From a virus, in the IMG/VR virus record IMGVR_UViG_3300045912_000789, positions 64,001 through 128,000 of that record: a stretch of DNA of 64,000 nucleotides. One strand, 5' to 3'. Both the position numbers and the translations under genes were made by a program. Below, piece after piece: positions 9,174-19,221 of this stretch (the first letter of the stretch is position 1; every line of letters begins with the position of its first letter). The notes below the pieces were generated by a model. That model saw only the letters and a program-made list of their open reading frames with translations, was not told where the DNA came from and ran no database searches.

Positions 9174-10208
9174 CTACTTGATGAGCTGCATGAGCACGGC
9201 GCCCGCCAGCTCTGCGCTGACGTACGCGTCGTCGGGGCCTTCCTCCGTCTTCACGTTCGCGAGGATGGCCTCGAAGAGACCGAAGGCGTCGTGCACGGTG
9301 TGTGCGGCCTGGCGGTACACCGACTCGCAGCGGTGGATGAAGAGACGCTCGGCACCCGCCGCCTCCAGCATGTCGTTCATCGCCGAGATGGCGATGTCCT
9401 CGCTGGAGTAGGAGATCGTCCTGAGCTTCGAGAGCTTCTCCTCGATCGGACCCCAGAGGACCTTCGTCTTCTGGAGCGCCTCGGTGAACTTCTCGGTGAG
9501 GTTCGCGATGTCGCCCCGGTGGATGCGGCGGAGCACGGCCTGCTTCTTCAGCACGACCGGCACCCCGTGATCCGCGAGCCAGAGCATGGGGATGACCCAC
9601 AGGGAGGTGAACCCGACTTCGCTGTTCTTCAGCACGATGCCGGGGAAGCCGTAGAACGACGTGCCCGGGATGCCGATCCGTTCGTCCGTGACGGTGTACG
9701 CGTAGAACGCGCGGTCGGTCTTGCCGGAGTACGCGCTCACCGCGTAGCCGTTCGGCATCAGCTCGACGATCGCTCTCATGATGGCTACGTCGGGCAGGTC
9801 GGCGTACTTCGAGCTGACGATCCCTCGGATGAGCCGAAGGTCGGGCGAGTCGAAGCTCTGCATCGTCCGGAACATGAAGTTCCGGAGCGCGTGCAGTCGG
9901 ATGTTCAGCTCCTCGACCTCCTGCGTCCGCATGACGGTCTCGAACCACTTCTCGCGAGCGCCGAGGTGAGAGAGGAGCTGGCTACGGCTCCACTTCGTGA
10001 AGGCGTAGGGCATCGTCTTGGTGTCGTCACGCATCGAGATCGCGGCCAGGACGTCCGGCTTGTCGTCGCCCACGAAGGGCGCGATGTCGATCTCGATGAA
10101 CGTCATGTCGCGGGTCTCCGCGTCGGTGTAGACGAAGTCGGGGAGGCAGAGCGCAGCGAACGCCTCAACCCTCTTCGCCAGGGTCGTCAGCGGAGTCAGA
10201 CGATCCAT
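9174..10208 (-). CDS. DUF932-like protein
   Basis: RGIVSSKYADL and GIVLKNSEVGFTSL resemble DUF932 signatures; start uncertain. Confidence 0.6.
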   Translation of the reverse strand: MDRLTPLTTLAKRVEAFAALCLPDFVYTDAETRDMTFIEIDIAPFVGDDKPDVLAAISMRDDTKTMPYAFTKWSRSQLLSHLGAREKWFETVMRTQEVEELNIRLHALRNFMFRTMQSFDSPDLRLIRGIVSSKYADLPDVAIMRAIVELMPNGYAVSAYSGKTDRAFYAYTVTDERIGIPGTSFYGFPGIVLKNSEVGFTSLWVIPMLWLADHGVPVVLKKQAVLRRIHRGDIANLTEKFTEALQKTKVLWGPIEEKLSKLRTISYSSEDIAISAMNDMLEAAGAERLFIHRCESVYRQAAHTVHDAFGLFEAILANVKTEEGPDDAYVSAELAGAVLMQLIK

Positions 10209-10503
10209 GTAGGGCTTCAGAGATTCCACGTTGCAGTGCCTGTCGTACGGTGGGTGTCGAGGGGCTGGTGAAGTGGGCGTTTTCCGCGTGCCGCTTGCAC
10301 GCGTCGTGGAGCTTCTTGATCGCCTCCACGAAGGCCGGGTCCTCTCCCGCCGCCACCTCATGTCTCACCGTGCCGTGCACCGTGCCATCGGCATCGGAGA
10401 ACAGCGCGGTGTAGGAGACGGCGGGCCCCGCCGAGCCCTTGCCGATCACCTTCATGTCGGTGATCGAGACGATGCTTCCCTTGAAGCCGGTGTTGATGCT
10501 CAT
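10165..10503 (-). CDS. hypothetical protein (112 aa)
   Basis: ATGA coupling with upstream gene; normal codon bias. Confidence 0.6.
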   Translation of the reverse strand: MSINTGFKGSIVSITDMKVIGKGSAGPAVSYTALFSDADGTVHGTVRHEVAAGEDPAFVEAIKKLHDACKRHAENAHFTSPSTPTVRQALQRGISEALHGSSDSADDPGEEG

Positions 10504-10880
10504 CCGCCCTCGCGAACGTAGTGCGTCTTGAGGTGATCGTTGAGCATCTCGTACGCCACGCCGATGTTCGACTGGAGGAAGTCCAGGCACTCGTCGAGGC
10601 AGTACTGCTTCGCCATCTGCATCGAGTCGGCGTTCTGGTCGCAGGACAGCGTCACGCTGACGCTGATCTTCACGTTGCTGTAGCCGTACGGGCCACCGAT
10701 GCTCTCGCTCAGGTTGACGTTCACCTTCGCGTTGGCGTCGCCCAGGATGGCCTTGTACTTGTCGTTCGTCCTCATGATCTGCACCTTCCTCGAAGCGTCC
10801 TGTCCTCCGACCTGCACGATGACGTTCCCCCGCTCATCGCACAGCTCGATGTCCGCTTCGATGAACGCGGCGTCCCTCAT
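10500..10880 (-). CDS. hypothetical protein (126 aa)
   Basis: ATGA coupling on both sides. Confidence 0.7.
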   Translation of the reverse strand: MRDAAFIEADIELCDERGNVIVQVGGQDASRKVQIMRTNDKYKAILGDANAKVNVNLSESIGGPYGYSNVKISVSVTLSCDQNADSMQMAKQYCLDECLDFLQSNIGVAYEMLNDHLKTHYVREGG

Positions 10881-11287
10881 GCTTCCTTCGGTCCGTAGAC
10901 CGTGACCGACCCGGTCGACTCGATCTGGTCGATCACGTCCTGCGGGATGAGGCCGGCCTTGCAGAGCTTGTTGTACTCCTCGCGGTCGATCTTGTACTCG
11001 ATCTTCACCGCCGCCTCGGCGTTCGGCATCAGGTCGAGCAGCTTCTTCGCGTCGACCTCGGTGCGCACCGAGATCTTGAACTCGCCGTACCGCGGGCCGA
11101 TGTCGTCGGCGTGCTTCTTCGCGAGACCCTTCGCCTCGGTGAGCGAGTCGTTGTAGCTCGTGACGAGCAGGTCGTACTGTTCGAGGATCCGGGCGTTCTG
11201 CGTACGGAAGGCGTTCAGGGCCTCCCGGGCCGCCTCCATCTTCGACACCGCGGCGACGAACACGAGCGGGGGGTTCTTGGCGGTCAC
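10877..11287 (-). CDS. hypothetical coiled-coil protein (136 aa)
   Basis: GTGA coupling to the UDG-like gene; GGAGG RBS. Confidence 0.65.
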   Translation of the reverse strand: MTAKNPPLVFVAAVSKMEAAREALNAFRTQNARILEQYDLLVTSYNDSLTEAKGLAKKHADDIGPRYGEFKISVRTEVDAKKLLDLMPNAEAAVKIEYKIDREEYNKLCKAGLIPQDVIDQIESTGSVTVYGPKEA

Positions 11288-11970
11288 TGTGCTTCCTCTT
11301 CCTTCTTCTTCAGCAGGTTGACGTAGCGCGACGCCTTCATGAAGGCCTCGATCGTGGTGGCGATCGGCCCGTGGGTGGCGACGCTGGGGTTGGCGATGAG
11401 CTGCTTGGGCGCGAGCGTCGCCATGACCGGATAGCGGACGGGGCGAAGCCGGCCCGGGATCCACGAGTCGAACAGCTCGCCCGCGGCGGTGCTGATGGTC
11501 TTGTGCTTGCCGCGGTGCTTCGTGGACACCAGCGCCTTCCACGGCTCGTCGCCCATCACGATGATGATCCGAGGATCGACCAGGTAGGCGATCTCCTCGA
11601 CGCGCGGCTGACACGCCTCGATCTCGGTCTTGTCCGGACCTCGGCTCTGCGTGCGCTCCGGCGTGTCGTCGGTCGCCGGGATGAGCACGTAGGGACGGCA
11701 CGCGACGATCGACGTGTAGAACACGTTCTTCCTCGCGTCGATGCCCGCTCGGTCGAGCATGTCCTCGACGAGCTGCCCTTCGTCGCCGCTGAGCAGCATG
11801 TTCTGGTTGATGTCCTCCTCGCTCGGCCCCTCGGTGATGACGAGGTAGTCGGCGTTGTAGGACCCGGCACCGAAGATGATCTCGGCGCTGCCGCGGAGCT
11901 TGGCCAGGCTGCACTTCGTGCAGCCCAGCCAGCGATCACGCAGCACGCGCAGCTTCTTCTGCGCGTCCAT
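11284..11970 (-). CDS. uracil-DNA glycosylase family 4-like protein (degenerate active site)
   Basis: CTKCSL...IFGAG...EGPSEED...ACRP...EIEAC...PRIIIVMG. Confidence 0.8.
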   Translation of the reverse strand: MDAQKKLRVLRDRWLGCTKCSLAKLRGSAEIIFGAGSYNADYLVITEGPSEEDINQNMLLSGDEGQLVEDMLDRAGIDARKNVFYTSIVACRPYVLIPATDDTPERTQSRGPDKTEIEACQPRVEEIAYLVDPRIIIVMGDEPWKALVSTKHRGKHKTISTAAGELFDSWIPGRLRPVRYPVMATLAPKQLIANPSVATHGPIATTIEAFMKASRYVNLLKKKEEEAQ

Positions 11971-11975
11971 CGACC

Positions 11976-12479
11976 TCAGCCCTTGACGAGCTGGACCCGC
12001 GGCGGGTCGAAGAACGCGAGGTACTCGCGGTACATCCACTCCTTGAAGCCCTCGTCCTGGTCGGCGACCCGGATGACGTACTCCCAGGAGTTGACCTCGA
12101 TCGTCGGCGTGCCGATGAAGTCGTACGGGACGAGGGCGTGGAGCTTCGTCCCGCCCTGCATGCCGACGATCCTCGGCTGGCCGTGGTCCATCACCGGCTG
12201 CCGCTTCTTCGGGCCCTCGGGGTTCCGGGGGTCCATCGGGACCTCTTCCATCTCCACGACCGGCGAGAAGCTCAGCTCGGAGATGTAGAGCAGCGACGCG
12301 TAGAGCTTGAAGCCCGGCTTGATCTCCGCGTTCTCGTCGAGGATGCCGACGAGGCGGTGGGGGACGGCGGAGACCAGGACGAGGCGCTCGCGCCAGGTCT
12401 GCTTGCCCATCGGGGTGTCCTGGGCGAGGTCGATCTCGCCCTTCTCGGTCTTGAACTTCGTGGGGGGCTTGTTCCTCAT
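11976..12479 (-). CDS. hypothetical protein (167 aa)
   Basis: GAGGA RBS; in operon. Confidence 0.7.
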   Translation of the reverse strand: MRNKPPTKFKTEKGEIDLAQDTPMGKQTWRERLVLVSAVPHRLVGILDENAEIKPGFKLYASLLYISELSFSPVVEMEEVPMDPRNPEGPKKRQPVMDHGQPRIVGMQGGTKLHALVPYDFIGTPTIEVNSWEYVIRVADQDEGFKEWMYREYLAFFDPPRVQLVKG

Positions 12480-12490
12480 GTTCGGTCCTC

Positions 12491-13888
12491 TCAGATCTTC
12501 ATGGTCGTGTACGGGATCTTGCCGCCCTTGTGGGCGGGCCAGTGGCTCAAGAGCCAGCGGATCTTGCCACAGAGCGCAGCGAGCTGCTTGATGTACTTGT
12601 CCTCGAAGACGATCACCATCGGGTGCTTCTTGCCGTAGTACTTCCGGAGCACCCGACCCATCGTCTGTTGGAGCACGCCCTTCTTCGCGAACGGCTCGAC
12701 GAGGAACAGCGTGTCGAGCATCGGCTTGTTCAGCGCCTGCTTGCCCAGCGTCATGATGGCGATGACGGGGTTGCACTCCCTGATACGCCGTCTGCGCTCC
12801 TTTCCTTTCACGTCGCCGTTCACCACGCCGGCGTTGGGGAAACGAGCGCCCAGGATCTCGGTCATCTCCTTGCTGTGCGCGAGCACGAGCACCTGACGGT
12901 CCGAGTCGAGGGCGGCCTGGATGTCCTTCACGATGCGATCGGTGCGGCCGTCCTTGTTGGTGCGCGCGATGAAGCCGTACGTCATCCCGAAGTGGAACTT
13001 GTTCGTCTTGTCGTGCGTGTTCTCGTGGACGACCTTGTCGGCGAGGTTGAGGGTCGTCGGGAGCTGGCGGAAGACGAAGTCAGGACGCAGGTCCGGTGTG
13101 AGGTACGTGTAGACCACCTCGCCGATCGTGTATCGGAGCAAGGTGTCGAAGCCGTCCTCGCGATCCGGGGTCGCGCTGAGCCCCCATCGCCTGCCGTGGA
13201 ACGGCGGGATCGCGTTGTTGAAGTACGGAGCGCCCATCACGTGCGCCTCGTCGGAGATGATGACCCCGAAGTGGTGCAGCATCTCGGGAGGCAGGCGGTC
13301 CTCGTCGGCACGCTTCGCCAGGGTGTTGACCTGGGCGATCGTGATCGCCTTCTTCCAGTTGAACTTCCCGCCGCCGACGTACCCGATGTCCTTCGAGTCG
13401 ATGCCGAGGAAGTCCTCGATCTCTTCCATCCACTGCTCGGCCAGGCCCTCGTCCGTGACCGTGATGAGGATCGGTACTCCGAGCTGGGCGGCGCTGTGTA
13501 GGCCCACCACCGTCTTCCCCGCACCGCACCGCAGGCAAAGAATGCCGTCATGCGTGGCGAGCAGAGCCGCGCTCCCTCGCCGCTGGTAGTCCTTCTCGGG
13601 CTCCTTGGCGTCGAGGACGACGCGACTGGTGAAGCTCACCTTCGGGAACGATCGCACGCGTGCGTCGTAGATCTTGAAGGGCAGCTTCGACAACGTCTCC
13701 ATGCGCAGGTAGTTGCGGGGGACGCGGAAGTGGTGAGGCTCGTCCCTCCACGCTTCGATCGCTTCGTTGTTGCGACCGACGTAGGTGAAGGTCGACTCCA
13801 CCTGCGCCTGCGCGACGTGCGTCTTCGGGAGCCAGAGCCACGAGTCGATGTACCCGACGCCGGGTTCGCGCTTGTAGAACGTCGTCAT
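12491..13888 (-). CDS. superfamily 2 DEAH helicase (UvsW/XPB-like)
   Basis: YQ motif, CGAGKT, DEAH, SATPDREDG, QTMGRVLR. Confidence 0.9.
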   Translation of the reverse strand: MTTFYKREPGVGYIDSWLWLPKTHVAQAQVESTFTYVGRNNEAIEAWRDEPHHFRVPRNYLRMETLSKLPFKIYDARVRSFPKVSFTSRVVLDAKEPEKDYQRRGSAALLATHDGILCLRCGAGKTVVGLHSAAQLGVPILITVTDEGLAEQWMEEIEDFLGIDSKDIGYVGGGKFNWKKAITIAQVNTLAKRADEDRLPPEMLHHFGVIISDEAHVMGAPYFNNAIPPFHGRRWGLSATPDREDGFDTLLRYTIGEVVYTYLTPDLRPDFVFRQLPTTLNLADKVVHENTHDKTNKFHFGMTYGFIARTNKDGRTDRIVKDIQAALDSDRQVLVLAHSKEMTEILGARFPNAGVVNGDVKGKERRRRIRECNPVIAIMTLGKQALNKPMLDTLFLVEPFAKKGVLQQTMGRVLRKYYGKKHPMVIVFEDKYIKQLAALCGKIRWLLSHWPAHKGGKIPYTTMKI

Positions 13889-13897
13889 GATAGAGGT

Positions 13898-13917
13898 GGG
13901 GCGGCTTTCGCCGCCCC
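13898..13917 (-). terminator. GNRA-loop hairpin
   Basis: Perfect 8-bp stem ggggcggc/gccgcccc, GAAA loop on the minus strand. Confidence 0.5.
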
Positions 13918-13920
13918 CGA

Positions 13921-14568
13921 TCACTTCCTTCGTCCGAAGAGGTCGACGGTGCGAGAGTAGTCGTAGACGTGCCAGCCGGTCGAGGCGATCCAGCCTTGAG
14001 CGACGTTCTTGAAGAGGCGGCCGAGAACGGACTCCTCCTCGTGGGGCAGGAACGTGGGCGAGACGCCTCCGCTGTGCGAGGGCATCGGCGCAGCATAGGG
14101 CGTCTGCATCGCCACCGGCCACTCCACCGGCGGCTGCACCGGGTACGGCAGGGGAGCCGGCACCTGGAACGGGGTGGGCAGCACGGCACCGGGGCGAGGC
14201 GGGCCGTCTGCTTTCGGGATCGTGGTGGGCGCGGTGCCCCAGGCACCCCAGCCCTTCAGGTGGTCGGCCAGGTTGGGCGTTCGGCCGAGGAGCTGGCTGC
14301 CGTTTCCTCTGTCGCCGAAGGGCTTGGGTTCGTTCGTGTGGACGGGGAGCGATCTACGATCGCTCGTCATGGACTTCGCGCGGATCGTGGCCGCGACGCA
14401 TTCCGCCTTCGACTTGCACTCGTTGTAGTACTCGCCCTTGTACCAGCCTCCGTTGCACATGTTCGCGGTCGAGCTGCTCCCGGGCGTCTCGTACTCGGCC
14501 CAGGACGTGCAGTTCTTCGGGCTTCCAGTCGGACCGAGCAGGGTGAGCCCGGTCTGGGGTCGCTGCAT
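13921..14568 (-). CDS. hypothetical protein, Cys-rich N-terminus and Pro-rich middle (215 aa)
   Basis: GGAGG RBS; first gene of the replication operon. Confidence 0.7.
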   Translation of the reverse strand: MQRPQTGLTLLGPTGSPKNCTSWAEYETPGSSSTANMCNGGWYKGEYYNECKSKAECVAATIRAKSMTSDRRSLPVHTNEPKPFGDRGNGSQLLGRTPNLADHLKGWGAWGTAPTTIPKADGPPRPGAVLPTPFQVPAPLPYPVQPPVEWPVAMQTPYAAPMPSHSGGVSPTFLPHEEESVLGRLFKNVAQGWIASTGWHVYDYSRTVDLFGRRK

Positions 14569-14579
14569 AGTACCTCCAC

Positions 14580-14590
14580 CTGCTGATAGG
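14580..14590 (-). promoter_or_regulatory. Phage-specific promoter-like motif CCTATCAGCAG
   Basis: 2 nt upstream of the RBS; recurs at 25672, 39214 and 41940. Confidence 0.6.
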
Positions 14591-14595
14591 CTCGT

Positions 14596-14625
14596 TTGAC
14601 CGCTTTCCCCTCTCCGAGATACGCT
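14596..14625 (+). promoter_or_regulatory. sigma70-like promoter TTGACC-N18-TACGCT (leaderless transcript predicted)
   Basis: ATG 6 nt after the -10 with no RBS; same geometry at 25699. Confidence 0.6.
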
Positions 14626-14631
14626 TCGGGC

Positions 14632-16206
14632 ATGCGAATCGCCGGGATCGTGCTCGACCTCTACGACGATCCGAAGGGTGTCGTCCTTCGGAACAAGCTC
14701 GCGTCGTCCGACCGTCAACTGCCGCCGAAGCTCGCTTCGGCTCGCGTCCTCAGCGCCGAAGAGCTGGAGCGCCTGCCGGACCGGCTCTTCGCCATGGTCG
14801 CGACCAACGGCGACGAGGTCGTCCGCAAGTACGCGATGCACGACGAGGCACACCTCGTCCTGTCGATGATCTACTTCGACGAGGCCGGGCACCTCCTTCC
14901 TCCCGAGGTGCAGCAGAAGGTCGCGGCGAACCTGATCAATGGCTGCTCGTGGTATGCGATGGATCCGCCCGAGGCGCTGGTGAAGCGCGCGATGATCGGC
15001 GGAGCCCTCACGGCGCTCACCGCGGGCATGGGCGTCATGGACATGGCGTCGAAGGCGCGCGAGGGGGCACAGCAGGGCCGGGAGCGCATGGAGGCGTTCC
15101 GTCAGGCGCAAGCGAGCGGCACGAAGACCTCGTCGGGCCGGGAGATCCAGCTCTCGCTGGATCAGGACTCCGCGATGCAGCGCGGCGAAGGCCCCGAAGG
15201 CGGTCACATCTGGGACGCCTTCTCGCACTTCTCCGATCTCGAAGCCACGCACCGCAAGCTCGATGCCCAGCTCGCGAAGCGCGACCAGCCGGATCCGGTG
15301 CTCGGCGGGCACCCCCACCGCCACAAGAAGGCCGATCTCGTCGGGACCGAGGCGATGCCGCAGGCGACCCTGCGGTCGGGGAGCGGCCGGCCGTCGCCGA
15401 CCTCGCGCCTCAACCTCCCGATGAAGACGGCGGCGGGGAAGATCGCCGCGGTGATGGTCCCCGAGGGCTGGGTTCACGCCGGCGACATCACACGGGCCGA
15501 GGCTCCGGTGACGGTGAAGAAGGCGAGCCACACGCACTTCGCCCTTCCCCACCTCCAGCGCTACCCGATCGACAGCGCCGCCCTCGTCACGAAGGCGGCG
15601 TCCTATTTCGACGAGCACCTCTTCGACTTCCCGCTCACCGAGCGACGCGTGTTCGCGCAGTCGGTCGTGTCGCGCGCCGACGAGCTGGGGGTGAAGGTCG
15701 CCGGGCGCGTCCTCGACTACGCCGGCGAGGGCTACGGCCCGAACCTCGTGCCCGAGCTGCACGCCCGCATCCACCAGTTCGAGGGGACGGGTCACGAGGC
15801 GGTCTACGAGCTGCTGCTGGAGAAGCGCGCCGAGGTCGATCCGATGATCATGGCGGAGATGCTCCGCGAGGCCGACGAGGAGACCGGCGCGTCCCGCTCG
15901 TACGGCCGGCCGGGCGTCGGGCTGCTCGATCCGTACGCGGCCGTCTACGGTGGCGCGAAGGTCGCGGCCAAGAAGCCGAAGGAAGAGGAGACGTACTCCT
16001 GGAACGAGGGAGGCGACTACGTCTCGGGCATGCAGCTCATGGCCCTGGCGAAGCAGGGGCTCAAGCTCAACGAGATGTTCGGCGCGGGGTTCGCCGACGA
16101 GTTCCAGAAGGACCCGATCGGGGTCTTCAAGAGCATGCCGAGCCCCCAGAAGGTGGTACTCTCGCGGCTCGCGGGCGACAGCAACGCCGGCACGTTCAGG
16201 GTCTGA
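14632..16206 (+). CDS. putative head-associated protein with DUF6582-like modules and many KxA motifs
   Basis: FAM...RKYAMHDEAH and FALPHLQRYPID modules; more than 10 KxA sites. Confidence 0.65.
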   Translation: MRIAGIVLDLYDDPKGVVLRNKLASSDRQLPPKLASARVLSAEELERLPDRLFAMVATNGDEVVRKYAMHDEAHLVLSMIYFDEAGHLLPPEVQQKVAANLINGCSWYAMDPPEALVKRAMIGGALTALTAGMGVMDMASKAREGAQQGRERMEAFRQAQASGTKTSSGREIQLSLDQDSAMQRGEGPEGGHIWDAFSHFSDLEATHRKLDAQLAKRDQPDPVLGGHPHRHKKADLVGTEAMPQATLRSGSGRPSPTSRLNLPMKTAAGKIAAVMVPEGWVHAGDITRAEAPVTVKKASHTHFALPHLQRYPIDSAALVTKAASYFDEHLFDFPLTERRVFAQSVVSRADELGVKVAGRVLDYAGEGYGPNLVPELHARIHQFEGTGHEAVYELLLEKRAEVDPMIMAEMLREADEETGASRSYGRPGVGLLDPYAAVYGGAKVAAKKPKEEETYSWNEGGDYVSGMQLMALAKQGLKLNEMFGAGFADEFQKDPIGVFKSMPSPQKVVLSRLAGDSNAGTFRV

Positions 16207-16231
16207 AGGAAGAACACAGGAGGATACGATC

Positions 16232-17308
16232 ATGGGACTTTCCAAGGCATTCGGCAGCAAGTCGCCCGCTCGCCCGCACCTCGTCGTCGGGCCCGGGGGT
16301 CAGGCGAACGAGATCGAGAAGCTGCGGTCGGACGTCGACGAGGCCTTCCTCTCGCTGGAGAAGGGCGGCATCATCGTCAAGTACTTCACCCAGGTGCCGA
16401 CCGACGCGGTCGACGCCGACGGGATCAAGACGACCTTCGTGTCGTCGGTCGCGCCGGTCGTCCTCACGGGCACCGACTTCGACGGCATCCTCGCCCCGGG
16501 CACCGGCTCGGCGCTGATCAAGTCGCCCAAGCGCGTGACGCTCACGGTCGGCGGTGGCGGCACGCCGGCTCACTGGACGGGCGGCGATCTCGTCTTCACC
16601 GGCAAGGACGTCGACGGCAAGGCGCTCAGCGAGACCGTCGCGTCGGGCGCGGGCGCGGGCACCACGACCACGGTCAACTACTTCGCCCAGCTCGACAGCG
16701 TGTCGATCCCGGCGCAGGGCGGCGCGCTCGCGCAGCTCACGCTCGGCGTGGCGGCCGACGCCGCGAACATCGCGTCGCTCGTCGCCTCGACCTCGGCGCA
16801 GGTCATCGACACGAACGCGGAGTTCAACCGCGCGCGCGTCGGCAACCGTCCGATGCCGTACGGTCGGCGCATCTCGTTCATCTTCGGCGCCAGCGCGGAC
16901 TGGATCACCTCGAACATCACGATCGAGGGTCTCGACGTCCGCGGCAAGCGGATCTCCGAGACCATCGCGGTCCCGAACGGTGGCGGCGGCACCGTGAACA
17001 CCACGAAGTTCTACGCCCAGGTGCTGAAGATCAGCATCCCGGCGCAGGGCGGTTCGGTGGGCACGGCGACGGTCGGCTTCCTCAACACCGAGCTGGGCGT
17101 GGACGTCAACCCGCTCAGCGACGTCGAGGCGGTCGCGGTCATCCGCGAGGCGAACGATCCGGGCACCGGCGTGTGGGCGGTGCCCGCGGCCGGCGCGCTC
17201 GATCCGGAGAGCGTCACGAACGCGGACCCCTACGGGCGCTACATCCCGGCGACGGCTCCGGACGGGATCCGCAGCTACGTCATCGCCTACCTGCCCTCCC
17301 CCGCCTGA
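16232..17308 (+). CDS. virion structural protein with two tandem beta-rich domains
   Basis: AGGAGG RBS; duplicated G.D..GK..SET...T...F/YAQ...SIPAQGG unit. Confidence 0.65.
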   Translation: MGLSKAFGSKSPARPHLVVGPGGQANEIEKLRSDVDEAFLSLEKGGIIVKYFTQVPTDAVDADGIKTTFVSSVAPVVLTGTDFDGILAPGTGSALIKSPKRVTLTVGGGGTPAHWTGGDLVFTGKDVDGKALSETVASGAGAGTTTTVNYFAQLDSVSIPAQGGALAQLTLGVAADAANIASLVASTSAQVIDTNAEFNRARVGNRPMPYGRRISFIFGASADWITSNITIEGLDVRGKRISETIAVPNGGGGTVNTTKFYAQVLKISIPAQGGSVGTATVGFLNTELGVDVNPLSDVEAVAVIREANDPGTGVWAVPAAGALDPESVTNADPYGRYIPATAPDGIRSYVIAYLPSPA

Positions 17309-17311
17309 TCG

Positions 17312-18265
17312 ATGAGCATCCTGCTCGACGAGAGCAGCATGCGGGTCTGGCCTCCTCGTGGGGCCGGATCCGCTGCTGCGTCGGGTGGCTCGGACGAAGC
17401 GCCACCGCCCGAGGAGGCCATCAGCATCGAGTCGCTGGTGTCCCGGGCGGTGTCGTGCGTCGACGAGGAAGAGAAGACCGCCGCGCTCAAGAGCGACGCG
17501 TCGATCGACCTCGCGGGCCAGGTGCCGTCCATGAAGGACATCTGGCGGCATCCCAACGCGCACCCGATCGTCCTCATGCTGCTCCTGCTCGACAAGTACG
17601 GGCAGGAGTACCTGGAGTGGCATCCCGACGTCCTCAAGATGACGCTGGAGCGAGACGGGATCGCGCTCTCCAACAAGGTCTGGAACAAGATCCTGGCCGG
17701 ACGAGTCGTGCTGATGTCGCCGTCGCCGTGGCGCCAGTGGGAGGTCTTCCACTGGGTGTCGCGTGCGCTGAGCGGCGAGAGCCCGAACTTCGTCTTCTAC
17801 GAGGAGGCTGAGATCGGTCACCTCGTGGTCGGGATGGAGATCATGAAGCTCGTCGACCCGAAGCGTCAGACCTCGTACGAGGTCGACAAGTTCGTGGCCG
17901 CCGTCTTCAAGCACGAGGGGATCCCGTTCATCCCGGCACCGCTCGACTTCGCCCAGCGTGAGCTGGAGGAGCCCAAGATCGAATGCACCCACTGCCTGGC
18001 CGTCCATCGTGACGACAACGACGTGCGGTGCGTGACCTGTGGGGAAGCGAAGCTGCGCAAGATCCCGTTCGAGTTCGAGGAGCTGAAGGCCGAGTGCAAG
18101 CAGCTCTGGGACGCGCGCAAGAAGCTGCCCCTGGCGGATGCCGTCGAGAACCTTCCTGACACCGGTGCCGGTTCTGCGGTATACCGGTTGCTGGTCGAGT
18201 GGGACCTCGTCAAGACCGTGAAGTCCCAGATGATCCAGCAGCTCAGGATGATCGGCGGCAGGTGA
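17312..18265 (+). CDS. hypothetical protein with C-terminal Zn ribbon
   Basis: CTHC...CVTC; EEKTAA site after a low-complexity N-terminus. Confidence 0.7.
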   Translation: MSILLDESSMRVWPPRGAGSAAASGGSDEAPPPEEAISIESLVSRAVSCVDEEEKTAALKSDASIDLAGQVPSMKDIWRHPNAHPIVLMLLLLDKYGQEYLEWHPDVLKMTLERDGIALSNKVWNKILAGRVVLMSPSPWRQWEVFHWVSRALSGESPNFVFYEEAEIGHLVVGMEIMKLVDPKRQTSYEVDKFVAAVFKHEGIPFIPAPLDFAQRELEEPKIECTHCLAVHRDDNDVRCVTCGEAKLRKIPFEFEELKAECKQLWDARKKLPLADAVENLPDTGAGSAVYRLLVEWDLVKTVKSQMIQQLRMIGGR

Positions 18266-19221
18266 TGAACGCGTACGACGTCTTCTACGAGGAGGTCACG
18301 AAGTCGGCGACAGCCACACGGGCGCTCACCCGTGCTGCTCGCTGGCTGACCGAATCGCCCGGGCGAACCGCCCTGGTCGGTGCCGGAGTCGGTGCCGCCC
18401 AGGGCGCGCTCATGCACGGGGACGAAGGCGTCGGTGCGGCAGCCCTCAAGGGCGGCCTTCGAGGGGCGGCGGTCGGTGGAGCTGCCGGCGGGCTCGGGCG
18501 CGCCTACCGCGACACCCGTCTGCTCAACCCGGCGCTGTCGTCGGGCGCGGCGGTGGGCGAGACCGCGAAGCGGATCGGTCAGGGCATCAAGGACTTCGGC
18601 AAGCGTCAGATCCACGGCTTCACCGGCGCGTACGCCGACCAGGCCGGTGAGATCGGCATGCGCAGTCGAGCTGCTGCGTCCAAGAAGATTGATCTCCTTC
18701 GCAAGCGCCAGGCCGATCTGGCCGCTCACGGAGAGCTGACCGACAAGGCGAAGAAGAAGCTCGTCGAGGAGGCGAAGGGTCTCCGCGAGTGGGGCGCCGG
18801 CGGAGACGCGGCGCTCAAGGCGGGGATCACGAACATCCCCGGCATCGTGAAGGGCATGGCGACGCGCCCGTTCTCCACGATGAAGGCGATGGGCAAGGAC
18901 ATGGTCGGCGGAGGCGGAGCCCTGGGTACCTCGGTCGCGCTCGGGCTCCCCCTCGCCATCGCAACTCCCGATCTGGCTCGCGGAGACGAGAGTGCGCACG
19001 GCGGGCGGTCCATGAGGCAGAAGCTCGTGGGCGTCGGCTCGGGTCTCGTCGGAGGCGCACTCACCGCGGGCGTTCCCGTTCTTCCCCAGCTCGTGGGCGG
19101 CGTGGCCGTCGACGCAGCAGCGAGCAAGGCGCTCGGCGGGAAGAAGCGTCTCGCGAAGGCCTCTCGTGAGGCCGGACAAGAGGCGATCAACACCACCCTC
19201 GGCGTTCCCGGAGGGACCTGA
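18265..19221 (+). CDS. glycine-zipper protein with N-terminal leader MNAYDVFYEEVTKSA
   Basis: TGATG coupling; multiple GxxxG hydrophobic segments. Confidence 0.7.
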   Translation: MNAYDVFYEEVTKSATATRALTRAARWLTESPGRTALVGAGVGAAQGALMHGDEGVGAAALKGGLRGAAVGGAAGGLGRAYRDTRLLNPALSSGAAVGETAKRIGQGIKDFGKRQIHGFTGAYADQAGEIGMRSRAAASKKIDLLRKRQADLAAHGELTDKAKKKLVEEAKGLREWGAGGDAALKAGITNIPGIVKGMATRPFSTMKAMGKDMVGGGGALGTSVALGLPLAIATPDLARGDESAHGGRSMRQKLVGVGSGLVGGALTAGVPVLPQLVGGVAVDAAASKALGGKKRLAKASREAGQEAINTTLGVPGGT

